From assembly GCA_964454175.1 (NCBI GenBank), contig CAYVSA010000001.1:22170-86169 (forward strand): a stretch of 64,000 nucleotides of DNA, read 5' to 3'. The notes beneath the pieces were generated by a model. The model searched no databases. It saw only the letters and a list, made by a program, of their open reading frames with translations, and was not told where the DNA came from. A program made the position numbers and the translations under genes. Shown here piece by piece: positions 47,638-57,139 of this stretch (positions are counted from its first letter, which is position 1; each line of letters starts with the position of its first letter). Source of the stretch: an uncultured Pseudomonadota bacterium. Lineage in GTDB: Bacteria > BMS3Abin14.

Positions 47638-48753
47638 TCAATCTTTTTCGTCTAATTTACGCTGGACAACGCAGTATATCCCTCCCTCTCTCATGCCCGG
47701 CCGGAAGCACAGGTTGCACGAGATGCAGGTGGCTCGGTGAGATGGGTCATCCTTCCAGATATTTATCAGGTTCGGTTCCCTGATCAGGGGCCTCGAGAGG
47801 GCGAACATGTCAGCGGCGCCGTCCCTTAAGAGGTCCTCAATAAGGGAAAATGTCCTCAGGCCGCCCACGAGGATCACTGGTATACTGACGTTCTTTCTTA
47901 TCTCTGAGGACAGGCGTGCATTGTAGGCTTCCTTTTCTGGCCTGTTAATGCCCTTGCGAACGGGGACGCCGTCGCCGGACCCGGAGGTGCCGGCGCTGAC
48001 CTCGATAGCGTTAATACCCAGTTTCTCCAACCGGACAGCTGTCCGGACAGCTTCCGCAATTTCGATGCCTCCCTCAAGATTGTCCGATCCGGAAAGTTTG
48101 ATAGTCACGGGGAAGCTATCTCCTACGGTGCTTCGAACTGCTTTAACAATTTCCGCCAGGAAGCGGAAGCGCTTTTCTTCCGATCCTCCGTACTCGTCCG
48201 ATCTCCTGTTGGTGAGGGGTGACAGGAACTGGTTGATCAGGTAGCCATGGGCCCCGTGAAGCTGGATCCCGTCGAAGCCTGCTGCAGCAAGCCGACCCGC
48301 GGCGAGCGCAAAATCCATTATAGTTCCATCGATCTGCGTGACCGTCATCTTCCGGGGAACTCCTGAATAGAACGGGCTCGGAACAGGAGACGGCGCCATG
48401 GGTATTCTTCCTGTTGCCCTCTGGGATGTCTGGGCACCGGCGTGCATCAGCTGGGGAAACACAACTCCACCTGCTTCGTGTACAGCCTCGGCCAGGTGTC
48501 GAAGGGAAGGGATGATATCATCGGCCCACGCGCCGAGAGTACCAACCATCTGCTTTCCGTGGGGGTGTATATAGGTGTAGCCGGTTGTTATGAGGCCTAC
48601 GCCGCCCCCGACGAGGTCACAGTAGAGTTTTTCGAGCCTTTGAGTCGGGCGGCCGTCATCATCACACATCCCCTCCCAGGTTGCGCTCCGCACGAACCTG
48701 TTTGGGATAATTACATTGCCGATCTCGATCGGTTCGAACAATCTGCTGTCCAA
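47638..48753 (-). CDS. NADH:flavin oxidoreductase (Old Yellow Enzyme family)
   Basis: NRFVRSAT, GFDGIQLHGAHGYLINQFLSP, RPLIREP and C-terminal CISCNLC. Confidence 0.93.
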   Translation of the reverse strand: MDSRLFEPIEIGNVIIPNRFVRSATWEGMCDDDGRPTQRLEKLYCDLVGGGVGLITTGYTYIHPHGKQMVGTLGAWADDIIPSLRHLAEAVHEAGGVVFPQLMHAGAQTSQRATGRIPMAPSPVPSPFYSGVPRKMTVTQIDGTIMDFALAAGRLAAAGFDGIQLHGAHGYLINQFLSPLTNRRSDEYGGSEEKRFRFLAEIVKAVRSTVGDSFPVTIKLSGSDNLEGGIEIAEAVRTAVRLEKLGINAIEVSAGTSGSGDGVPVRKGINRPEKEAYNARLSSEIRKNVSIPVILVGGLRTFSLIEDLLRDGAADMFALSRPLIREPNLINIWKDDPSHRATCISCNLCFRPGMREGGIYCVVQRKLDEKD

Positions 48754-48781
48754 TCTTTCCTCCTGCGGGGTGCCTTCCTTT

Positions 48782-49912
48782 TTACGGTCTTATTGTCCGG
48801 TCCAGGACTTCCCTGTACCTGTCTGCCAGGCTGTCCCAGGAGAGGTGTGTCATATCTGGCGCCTTCCGGCATCTGATCTCGTCGGGGTTCCTCACCATTT
48901 CCCTTAGCCTGCCTGCAAGTTCGACAATCTCCGCATCCGGGTCATTCAAACAGGACTTGAACCTGAAATCATCAGGTATGAATTCCATATAGGCCAATCG
49001 GTCAGGAACCAGGGGAAGACACCCTGAAGCAACCGCCTCCAGCAGGGCGATACCCTGGAATTCGTGAAGCGATGTGGATACTACTACATCACTCTGTCGT
49101 ATTATCTTTCTGTATTCTGACACATCTTCAACAAAACCCCACGTGCTTATGTGTCGTGCAAGGCGTTTTCTGGCCTCAGGAAAGATCTCCGGGCACTCTC
49201 TGAAACGCTGTCCGAGTACGTTGAGCCTGAAGCTGCCGCCACCTTCAGATATCTCGTAAAGAGCTCTGAAAAAGCGATCAGGCGCCTTGTCGTATTCCCA
49301 GCGGTGGTTCCACAAAATTGTGAGTGGTGAACCTTTTTTGGGTGGTTTTCCGGGGTTGTAGCAGTAACTGTCAAGCGGCACGGGGACAATCTCGGAACGG
49401 GCTTCAATGCCCTGGATAACTCCGTCAGGTATACAGTCAGGGAGCATACCCAGGAGGCTGGCGGCACCTTCCAGAAATGAGTCCCTGTTGTAAATTGAGT
49501 TAAATACTACCAGATCGGAGGCCATGGCTGTGTAGAGGTTCGTTATCATGTAATTCTGCCCCTCTTTACGTTCCAGGCGTTCGGGGTATGCGAACTGATT
49601 TTCATGAAAGTAGACAACACTGGGTAGTGCTGCAAGGGAAGGGACCATCCCCTTCAGGGCCGAAAGGTCGGTCATGGATGTTGCCAGGAGAAGGTCGTGG
49701 CCCTGTTCCAGAATATCACGCGAACCTGCCGCCCAGGTAAGAGCATTTCCCCTGCTTCGCCATGCAAAATTACGTGGCGGCAGGGACAGGACAGACCAGG
49801 AATGTTCTGGAATGTGCTCTTCGAGTTGCTCCCTCCAGCGCCGGTGGCTGCCGGCATCGTAAGCGGAAAGCAGCAGCACCCTTGTCTGGGCTGATCCGGG
49901 CTCTGTTTTCAA
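48782..49912 (-). CDS. DUF3524 glycosyltransferase (GTDC1/QTMAN-like, GT-B fold)
   Basis: Y..GSH, LPPRNFAWR, YFHENQFAYP, WNHRWEYDK and HEFQGIALLEA. Confidence 0.85.
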   Translation of the reverse strand: MKTEPGSAQTRVLLLSAYDAGSHRRWREQLEEHIPEHSWSVLSLPPRNFAWRSRGNALTWAAGSRDILEQGHDLLLATSMTDLSALKGMVPSLAALPSVVYFHENQFAYPERLERKEGQNYMITNLYTAMASDLVVFNSIYNRDSFLEGAASLLGMLPDCIPDGVIQGIEARSEIVPVPLDSYCYNPGKPPKKGSPLTILWNHRWEYDKAPDRFFRALYEISEGGGSFRLNVLGQRFRECPEIFPEARKRLARHISTWGFVEDVSEYRKIIRQSDVVVSTSLHEFQGIALLEAVASGCLPLVPDRLAYMEFIPDDFRFKSCLNDPDAEIVELAGRLREMVRNPDEIRCRKAPDMTHLSWDSLADRYREVLDRTIRP

Positions 49913-49956
49913 CAGCCTGCACCGAAGAAATTAATGTATGTAAGTGGGATCAAATC

Positions 49957-50457
49957 TCAGCCGATGGCAGCCAGAGCGCTGTCATAGTCAGGTTCCTGAG
50001 AGATTTCCGGGACCTGTTCGCTGTAAAGGATCCTTCCGTCCTCTCCAATTACAATAACAGCCCTTGACATGAGCCCGGCAAGTGGTCCGTCTGCGATCCT
50101 GACCCCGTAATTGTCACCGAAGCTCCTGTACCTGAAGCACGAGAGGGTGATTACGTTATCCAGGCCCTCGGCTCCGCAGAACCGCTTCTGGGCGAAGGGC
50201 AGATCCTTTGAGATGCAAAGCACTTCAGTGTTGGTGAGTTTGCCGGCCTCCTCGTTGAATTTCCTGACTGAGGCTGCACAGACGTCAGTATCCAGACTGG
50301 GAAAAACGTTCAGGACAAGACGTTTGCCGGCGAAATCCTCCAGGGAGACATCTGCAAGATCATTCGAAGTCAACAAAAAGCCTGGAGCCATGCTCCCGTT
50401 TTCGGGCAGGTCTCCGACAGTATTGGCCGGATTTCCCTTAAGAGTGATCTGAGCCAT
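49957..50457 (-). CDS. tpx: Thiol peroxidase (atypical 2-Cys peroxiredoxin)
   Basis: [21 protein letters not shown] and EPDYD. Confidence 0.96.
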   Translation of the reverse strand: MAQITLKGNPANTVGDLPENGSMAPGFLLTSNDLADVSLEDFAGKRLVLNVFPSLDTDVCAASVRKFNEEAGKLTNTEVLCISKDLPFAQKRFCGAEGLDNVITLSCFRYRSFGDNYGVRIADGPLAGLMSRAVIVIGEDGRILYSEQVPEISQEPDYDSALAAIG

Positions 50458-50711
50458 TAGTAACCTCCTTGTTCGGATGTCATGTAAAATATCATTATAA
50501 ACCTTATTTCTATTATAATTTAAGTTTTACAAAAGGCTATTTGGTAACGCATTAATTGAAGTCAGACACCTTAAAAATCTGACAATTGACAACAAAATCT
50601 ATTAATATTAATAACTTACATCATGTTTAGCGTTGATTAATCTTGCTTCGAATTGAATATGAGTGTAACCTCCAAGGCTGGAAAAGGGGCGGCACAAAAA
50701 GGGAGGACCAA

Positions 50712-51143
50712 TTGGATAAAAACCTGGATGGACTCAAAAAGTTTATGTTGGAGGAAGTTCCGTTCCATTCATTTCTCAAGCTGAAGATCGTTGACCTCGA
50801 AGAAGGCTACGCAAAACTCATGCTCCCGTTCAGGAAGGAATTCCTGGGTGACGTGCGAAGGCCAGCCCTTCACGGCGGTATCATATCTACGCTGATCGAT
50901 GTCAGCGGCGGCGCTGCAGTCTGGACCCACTTCAGCGTAGATGACGGCATCTCAACTATCGACATAAGGGTAGATTATCTGCGGCCTGGCCCTGACGGCG
51001 ACCTCGTTGCCGAGGCAAATGTGGTAAGAGTTGGCAACCGGGTAGCGGTAGTGAGCACTAAGGTCTACATCAAGGGCAATAAGGAGAAGGTGATCGCCGA
51101 GGGCCGTGCGGCTTACAATATCAGGCGCGCCGACGATATATGA
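50712..51143 (+). CDS. PaaI-family hotdog-fold thioesterase
   Basis: LHGGIISTLID and STIDIRVDYLRP; TTG start after GGAGG. Confidence 0.88.
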   Translation: MDKNLDGLKKFMLEEVPFHSFLKLKIVDLEEGYAKLMLPFRKEFLGDVRRPALHGGIISTLIDVSGGAAVWTHFSVDDGISTIDIRVDYLRPGPDGDLVAEANVVRVGNRVAVVSTKVYIKGNKEKVIAEGRAAYNIRRADDI

Positions 51144-51375
51144 TCAGTTCCACATCGAAATTTCTTTGCGGCCCTTCACGCCGTGTATTTTCACCGGTAT
51201 TTTCCAGGCAAAAATAATACGCAATGTGCTAAATTTTGTAATGGATCGCCTCCAGGGTTGTCTAACCTTTATTGAACAGTAAGGCTTATGGTTTCAAAGC
51301 CCGTTCCTGGTGGGGCGCGTTGTTTCCGGAGGCCTGTTGTTGAAAGCCCACCCGGTGGGCATAGAGGAGGCTGCA

Positions 51376-51606
51376 ATGCTGATCTGGATAATAATAGCTC
51401 TGATCCTCGCTTTCCTGACGCTGGCCGAGGTAGCTCTTGGCTTTACTATTCCTTTCGTCGCCCTGAGGAGCTCTGCTCTCTTCCTGGTGATCCTCGGAAT
51501 GGCGTACAGGATATATATCATGCAGCGAATGGGCGAGAAGGAGGACATGAAGAGGCGCATTAAAGAACTTGAGGATAAGGCCAGGGAGGAAACATTGACT
51601 GTTTGA
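51376..51606 (+). CDS. Small two-TM hypothetical protein with a coiled-coil tail
   Basis: RBS GAGGAGG, ATG 51376, two hydrophobic helices, followed by a terminator. Confidence 0.7.
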   Translation: MLIWIIIALILAFLTLAEVALGFTIPFVALRSSALFLVILGMAYRIYIMQRMGEKEDMKRRIKELEDKAREETLTV

Positions 51607-51630
51607 AATAACGAGAATTTCCTGCAATGC

Positions 51631-51658
51631 AGGAGGCCCTTCGCGGCCTCCTTTTTTT
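51631..51658 (+). terminator. Rho-independent terminator
   Basis: AGGAGGCC-CTTCGC-GGCCTCCT followed by a T run. Confidence 0.85.
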
Positions 51659-51756
51659 ATTCTGCCTACCCTCAGACAGCCCCGTGTCTGTTCCGGGTGC
51701 CGGCCCTGGAGGTGCGGGCTTTCCCAATTTGTCTGTCTACGGAAGACATCATCCTG

Positions 51757-52686
51757 TCAGCGCCTGGCCTTGCCGCGGGCCTTCCTGTACAAGGACATGA
51801 GCTCAGGGTTTACCATGGCTGGCTCAGGTTTAAAGGCGGGGTCCAGGCGGTAGGCCTTTATCAGTGCCTCAAGCGCAAGGGTGCTGTCTCCGTATGCGTA
51901 GTGACACAGGGCGAGGGTCCTCAAGGCTCCCGCGTGCTTTTTCGCCACAAGTTTGCTCTCTATCTTCAAGAGCATGCTCTTGGCGTTCTGGAAGTTCCCC
52001 TTCCTGAATTCATTTTCGGCTCTGCTGATGAGGCGGTCAAGCTCGGCAGCAGCCCCTGTTAGGGATGATGTGCGGGCGGATATTTTCCCCTTTTCGGAAA
52101 CAGTCTTCCTCTTTGGTTGAGGGGAAACACTTTTATTGGAGGACCGCTTTATCACCACGGGAACTTTTATCATGGTTCCAATAGGGACTCTGGCCGGATC
52201 CTTTATACCGCTCACCAGTGCGATCTGCTCGTAGGCAAGGAGATCGCCCATGAGGTCTTTTGCAACAGTAGAGAGAGTCTCCGCCTGACCGAGCCTGTAT
52301 GGCACAAGTACGGGTACGTAAAGGGAAGTGCCCGCCGAAACCCTCTCCGGCTGTCTAATGCCGTTTGCCTTTGCCAGTACGGGGTAAAGTCGAGAATCCT
52401 TCCACACCCTCTCTGCAACGGCGCTCAGGCTCTCACCTTGCTGCAGCGTCACAATGTCTGAGTACGGCAGCAGGATCTTTACCCCGGGTTTGATCTTTTC
52501 CGGATGATCGATGCTGTTATAAAGGGCTACCAGTTTGAATGTCTCTTTTTTTCCGTAGAAGGATGCCGCAATGGAAGACAGGGATTCACCGCTTCTGACC
52601 GTGTGATACCTGACACTGCCGTGAGCATGTGCCGAAAAAATGGCTGGAGTTAATAAAGCGGCCAGCACCACGATCAGCCGTCTCAA
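51757..52686 (-). CDS. Secreted protein with three LysM domains and a C-terminal TPR-like region
   Basis: Signal peptide; HTVRSGESLSSIA, QQGESLSAVA and GQAETLSTVA repeats; TPR-like ALCHYAYGD..ALEALIKAYRLDP. Confidence 0.85.
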   Translation of the reverse strand: MRRLIVVLAALLTPAIFSAHAHGSVRYHTVRSGESLSSIAASFYGKKETFKLVALYNSIDHPEKIKPGVKILLPYSDIVTLQQGESLSAVAERVWKDSRLYPVLAKANGIRQPERVSAGTSLYVPVLVPYRLGQAETLSTVAKDLMGDLLAYEQIALVSGIKDPARVPIGTMIKVPVVIKRSSNKSVSPQPKRKTVSEKGKISARTSSLTGAAAELDRLISRAENEFRKGNFQNAKSMLLKIESKLVAKKHAGALRTLALCHYAYGDSTLALEALIKAYRLDPAFKPEPAMVNPELMSLYRKARGKARR

Positions 52687-53939
52687 CGGCTGCCCTCCAA
52701 AAAGTCGACCTTTATGGAGGCCGCTTCGCCCGGATCCAGGGACAGATTGTATGATCTCGTGCCCAACTGCGGATTTTTCAGGACCAGCTTGTGTCGGCCC
52801 GAAGACACTTCGAAGGGAGCCACTCTCGGGGTGTATCCAATCTTCACATCGTCCAGTACAACTTCCGCCCAGGGATATGCCACAATAAATAAATGTGATG
52901 GTGGTAAATCCATACTGGCCTGGTTAACGACACTTTTGCGGGGAATGGGAGGCATAACGAGCAGGATTATGAGAACAAGCAGGGAGACCAGACCGGTCAG
53001 AGAGAGGAAGTGCCCTGTTCTGGAGATATCTCTGTGCGGTTTCAGGGGGATTGTGTCTTCCTGCCCGTCCGAGTGATCAGCTGAAGCTATCAGCCTGACG
53101 ATCTCCCTTTCCAGGTTCGGGGCCCTGCGTGGTAAGGATTTGAGAAGGGCCGCTTCCAGTTCGTCCATGTTTACATAACGTTTGTGAGGTTTTTTCCTGA
53201 GGCATTTCATTATGATCCTGGATAGCCTGAAGCCAATACGGGAATTGAGGCGACCAGGCCGCAAAGGCCTTTTGCGAAGGATGGCGTGGGTCAGAGCAAC
53301 TTCATTTTTGGCCGCAAATGGCCTTGATCCGGTAACTGTTTCATAGAGGACCACACCGAGGCTGAAGACATCTGAGGCTGGTCCCGGTGCTTCGTCCCTT
53401 ATCTGTTCAGGAGACATGTACGAGGGCGTGCCGATTATGGCGCCGGTTGTGGTCAGATCTGTGGTTCCGGAAACAAAAACTATCCCGAAATCGGCCAGCT
53501 TTACGTCACCAGTACGTGAAAGCATTATATTCCCGGGCTTAACATCCCTGTGAATGATACCCCTTTCATGGGCATATTTTAAAGCCCTGCAGATCTGCAG
53601 GGCGATCAGCGTGGCCAGTATCGGGTCGAGCGCGCCGGAGTTATCCAGCACTTCCTTGAGTTCCAGGCCATCAACGAACTCCATGGCAATATAAGCTTTT
53701 TTGCCTCTTTCCCAGAAATCGTGGACGGTGATGATTGAGGGATGGTGTAAGGATGCTGCTGCTTTTGCTTCGAGCTTGAAACGGTCCCCCGCCCGGGGAT
53801 CTTCCCCCACGCGTTTTATGTCCAGTTCCTTGATCGCGACGATCCTGTCCAGGGAGCGCTGACGGGCTTTGTAGACAACAGCCATGCCGCCGCGCCCGAT
53901 CTCGTCTAATACCTCGTAGTTGCCAAGCTTTCGGCCCAT
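52683..53939 (-). CDS. Hanks-type transmembrane Ser/Thr protein kinase with a PEGA-like extracellular domain
   Basis: GRGGMAVVY, VAIK, HRDVKPGN, DFG, GTPSYMSPE; TM helix; PWAEV.LD...GYTP. Confidence 0.95.
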   Translation of the reverse strand: MGRKLGNYEVLDEIGRGGMAVVYKARQRSLDRIVAIKELDIKRVGEDPRAGDRFKLEAKAAASLHHPSIITVHDFWERGKKAYIAMEFVDGLELKEVLDNSGALDPILATLIALQICRALKYAHERGIIHRDVKPGNIMLSRTGDVKLADFGIVFVSGTTDLTTTGAIIGTPSYMSPEQIRDEAPGPASDVFSLGVVLYETVTGSRPFAAKNEVALTHAILRKRPLRPGRLNSRIGFRLSRIIMKCLRKKPHKRYVNMDELEAALLKSLPRRAPNLEREIVRLIASADHSDGQEDTIPLKPHRDISRTGHFLSLTGLVSLLVLIILLVMPPIPRKSVVNQASMDLPPSHLFIVAYPWAEVVLDDVKIGYTPRVAPFEVSSGRHKLVLKNPQLGTRSYNLSLDPGEAASIKVDFLEGSR

Positions 53940-53969
53940 GGTCTGGTTTGGGAAGACTGAAATGCCCGG

Positions 53970-54365
53970 TTACAGGCGGATGTCCTCTGGACCGGCCAGA
54001 ATGAACTGCAGGATCTGCTGCCCCACGGAGATCTTGTCGCCGTGCTTGAGCATTTTCTTTTCCACCTGTTCACCGTTAACAAGAACACCGTTGGTGCTCC
54101 CCATATCCATTACGTAGTAGTCCTTGCCGAAGGGCTGCAGCGAGGCGTGACGGCGCGACACATCCTTGTCGTCCAGACGTATTGCGCAGTCTGTACCTCT
54201 GCCGATGATCGCCTGGCGGTCGCCTGGTAAGGATAATTGGCTGCCGGCCCTGGGGCCTGTTAGGATAGCAAGGTAGGCCTTCTGCTGTCCTTTGCCGCGG
54301 CCGGACTTGCCTTCCTTCTGGATCTCCCTTGTGGGCAGGAAATCTTCCTGATCGGATTTGGACAT
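53970..54365 (-). CDS. FHA domain protein
   Basis: IIGR, VSRRHA and DMGSTNG, with pThr-binding residues intact; N-terminal tail contains a Thr (LPTREI). Confidence 0.92.
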   Translation of the reverse strand: MSKSDQEDFLPTREIQKEGKSGRGKGQQKAYLAILTGPRAGSQLSLPGDRQAIIGRGTDCAIRLDDKDVSRRHASLQPFGKDYYVMDMGSTNGVLVNGEQVEKKMLKHGDKISVGQQILQFILAGPEDIRL

Positions 54366-54467
54366 AGATTTGACCTCTCATGGACGGAAATTAAACTGTC
54401 TGAGTACCCTCTATCAGGGATACTACAGATTTGCTATCACAGTTGTCTCATGAGGTCAAACACCGGA

Positions 54468-54484
54468 GCCCGCAGGGTGCGGGC
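54468..54484 (-). terminator. GC-rich hairpin after the FHA-vWA gene (possible terminator)
   Basis: GCCCGCA-GGG-TGCGGGC; weak U tract. Confidence 0.4.
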
Positions 54485-54494
54485 CCCGACTGAG

Positions 54495-56591
54495 TTATTT
54501 TTTTGAAAACAGGATGGTTGTCTCACCCCAGGTGAGCGTGTCGCCTCTTTTGAGCGTCCTCGACCCGGAAACTGGCTGATTGTTAACCATGACAGTCTTC
54601 CCGCCAATGTTCATGGGGACCGTCATACCCTTATCTGTCAGAACTTTAGTAAGGAGCCGCGTTGCCTGAGAAGATCCCTCCACGAGCATGATGGGATCCT
54701 TTGCCAGGACGAAAGAAGTTAGCCGTGAAGCTGAAAACAGACCTGCCGGACCCAGCAGACCGAAGACGATCAGGATCCACGAAATGGAACCCGCGTTCCC
54801 GAAAATGGAAGAAGTCGGCGGCATGTACCTTCCCCTGGCCTGTGTAGTTAGCCCCATTGAATCAAGAGCCAGCCGGACAGGAACAACGGACAGCTGCTCA
54901 CCTGTAGATTTATATCTGACGAGTACTTCCCGGGCCAGCTCCTGGCCCATCTGACCGAAGAGTGAGGAAAGTTCCCCGGGAGCAGTCGTGAACACTGCTT
55001 TGCCGCCAGTCCTGCTGGCCATTCTTTTCAGGCGCTCTCTCCGGACATCGCTGCCAAGTCCCACAAAAAGCAGGCTGATCCCCTCGTTTTCGGCTTTTTC
55101 CAGGGCCGATTCCATTGAGTGACTTCCCCTGTTGGCCATCCCATCGGTGAGCACCAGAACTGCCCTTCTCCCCGAAACGGAAGAAAGCATGTCTGTTCCG
55201 GTTACGATGGCATCAAAAAGAGCCGTGTGGCCCGATGCTCTTATACCTTCACTGTAGCTGGAGATCGACTCAGGAGAAATGCCGGCTGCCGGGACCCGGA
55301 CACCGTCGCTGAAGGTGACGAGATTTATCCTGGCATCGGGGGGCAGCGTCTGTGAAAATGTCTCAAGGGCCCTTTTTGCCTCTGTCAGCTTTATGCCCGC
55401 CATGCTCCTGCTGCTGTCCATAATAAGGGAAACAGTCATGGCTTCTTCCCTTTTTGCAACAGTCAGGTCACGGACCTCAAGAAGTGATGCCTCGTTCTGG
55501 CCCTCGAACACCCGCATGCCCCGTACTTTTCCAGGCCTCAGAGCGGGTGGAAGGGTCACGTACATGTCCACAACCGGATAGTCGGAAGAATCGATCTGGG
55601 TTATCCGCACAGACCCGTCCAGTGAGTCGGGCACCAGGGCGTTATCGGCCCGGACAGCAGCAGGAGCTGCGAGGCATAACGCAAGGATCAGGACAGCAGC
55701 AGCGGCAGCACCGGGAGCGTTGATCCTGAAAAGACTTCTGCCTACCCTGATCAGATCCCCGTGGGTGAGAGGCGCCTGCGTACTGGAGATCTTCCTGTCG
55801 TTGAGGCGACAGCCAGTGTGGGAGCCCAGGTCCTCGAGGAGCAGATCTCCCCTCCTTGCAGATATCCTGGCATGTCGAGGAGCAATGCCGGCCTCCGTGA
55901 GGAAGATCCTGCACTTTTTGTCACTCCCGATATAAGAAATGCCGCCAAGGTTGAGAATGGAACCCCTGCCAGGACCTTCAAGGACCTGCAGGCTTACTTT
56001 TGACAGGACCTGTTCTGCCCAGGATATGCCAAGACCCATTACGGCGCCCAGGGCGCTGAGGCCAAGGATCAGGCTCCCCGTCCCCAGGAGAGGCAAGAAT
56101 ACCTGCATCGCAAAACCGCCTGTGAAACCACCTGCCGCACCGCCCAGTACTGTCCATGTCCATGCATTTCTCGTATCGGCAGACGGCAGCGTCACGGCAA
56201 GGCCGACAGCAATGCCGGTGAGTGACCAGCCCACGGCGGTGCCGACTGACAGGGGTATGAGTACCCCGGCTGAGGCGCTCTTGACAAGGCTGCTTCCCCA
56301 CGAAGAATATAGTGCCTGCCCGGCAAAAGCTGCCATGCCGCCTCCAGCGAAGCCGGCAATGACCGACGGTATTGTTCTGGCTATAAGAGAGCCGGCACGT
56401 TGTGTCCACAAGTGATTAAAGGCAGAAAAGAAACCCGCCAGTATGCCGGCCAGCACTGCGCCGGAGAGCACTCCCAGGGTCAGCCCGCTCAGGTTCAATA
56501 CCAGGAGTATTCCTATGGGCAGGGCGGCACTTAATGCTGCGCACAAGCCGACAGTCGTTGTCCTGGCAACCCTGCTGCCGCTGACTTTCAT
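54495..56591 (-). CDS. Membrane protein with Gly-rich TM region, FHA, vWA, TM and FHA-like tail
   Basis: About 6 Gly-rich TMs; FHA-like LQVLEGP..RHARI..LEDLGS; vWA MIDAS DSSRS, T in GHTAL and D in LTDG; C-terminal LKRGDTLTWGETTI. Confidence 0.85.
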   Translation of the reverse strand: MKVSGSRVARTTTVGLCAALSAALPIGILLVLNLSGLTLGVLSGAVLAGILAGFFSAFNHLWTQRAGSLIARTIPSVIAGFAGGGMAAFAGQALYSSWGSSLVKSASAGVLIPLSVGTAVGWSLTGIAVGLAVTLPSADTRNAWTWTVLGGAAGGFTGGFAMQVFLPLLGTGSLILGLSALGAVMGLGISWAEQVLSKVSLQVLEGPGRGSILNLGGISYIGSDKKCRIFLTEAGIAPRHARISARRGDLLLEDLGSHTGCRLNDRKISSTQAPLTHGDLIRVGRSLFRINAPGAAAAAVLILALCLAAPAAVRADNALVPDSLDGSVRITQIDSSDYPVVDMYVTLPPALRPGKVRGMRVFEGQNEASLLEVRDLTVAKREEAMTVSLIMDSSRSMAGIKLTEAKRALETFSQTLPPDARINLVTFSDGVRVPAAGISPESISSYSEGIRASGHTALFDAIVTGTDMLSSVSGRRAVLVLTDGMANRGSHSMESALEKAENEGISLLFVGLGSDVRRERLKRMASRTGGKAVFTTAPGELSSLFGQMGQELAREVLVRYKSTGEQLSVVPVRLALDSMGLTTQARGRYMPPTSSIFGNAGSISWILIVFGLLGPAGLFSASRLTSFVLAKDPIMLVEGSSQATRLLTKVLTDKGMTVPMNIGGKTVMVNNQPVSGSRTLKRGDTLTWGETTILFSKK

Positions 56592-57067
56592 GATAAGCCT
56601 CCCTCCTCACCCAGTGTATGGAATGTTGCCTTGAGCTTTCCCAGGAAGATCGTGTCACCCTCTTTCAGGGGTATCCTGACGCCAGGTTCGGCCTTCTCGG
56701 TATTTACGATGGTACCGTTGGCGCTCCCTAGATCCTCCAGCATGTACTCATCCGCATCCCTCAGGATTATTGCGTGCTTTCTGGAAACCCCAAGGTCGTA
56801 GGCCCTGAAGCTGGTGAGGTCCAGATCAGGATGGATCCCTTCAATGGGATCCATGCGTCCGAGGACGATGTCTCCCGCTTTGAGCTCAAGGCGCTCCCCG
56901 CTTTCAAGCAGAAGGTGAGGGAGGGACTCATCCCCAATATCGTCTACTGCTTCGGGCGAAAGATCCGACCCCTCACCGTAATCAGCAATTGGTTCGCCGC
57001 ATTCTGGACAATACTCCAGATCATTCCCGATCTCCGCTTCACACCCGATACACTTTCTCATGTTCAT
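56588..57067 (-). CDS. Zinc-ribbon plus FHA domain protein
   Basis: CIGC...YCPECG; LGR, VSRKHA and DLGSANG. Confidence 0.9.
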   Translation of the reverse strand: MNMRKCIGCEAEIGNDLEYCPECGEPIADYGEGSDLSPEAVDDIGDESLPHLLLESGERLELKAGDIVLGRMDPIEGIHPDLDLTSFRAYDLGVSRKHAIILRDADEYMLEDLGSANGTIVNTEKAEPGVRIPLKEGDTIFLGKLKATFHTLGEEGGLS

Positions 57068-57123
57068 ACCTCCTCTGATTTATGTGATCCTGTTTCTAAC
57101 AGCCCGTTCATACCGATATACTG

Positions 57124-57139
57124 AGCAAGGATCGGGCCG
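57124..57139 (-). promoter_or_regulatory. Candidate sigma54 (-24/-12) promoter
   Basis: Minus strand CGGCCCGATCCTTGCT: GG-N10-GC with TTGCT; 57 nt upstream of the ATG at 57067; next to a sigma54 activator gene. Confidence 0.6.
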
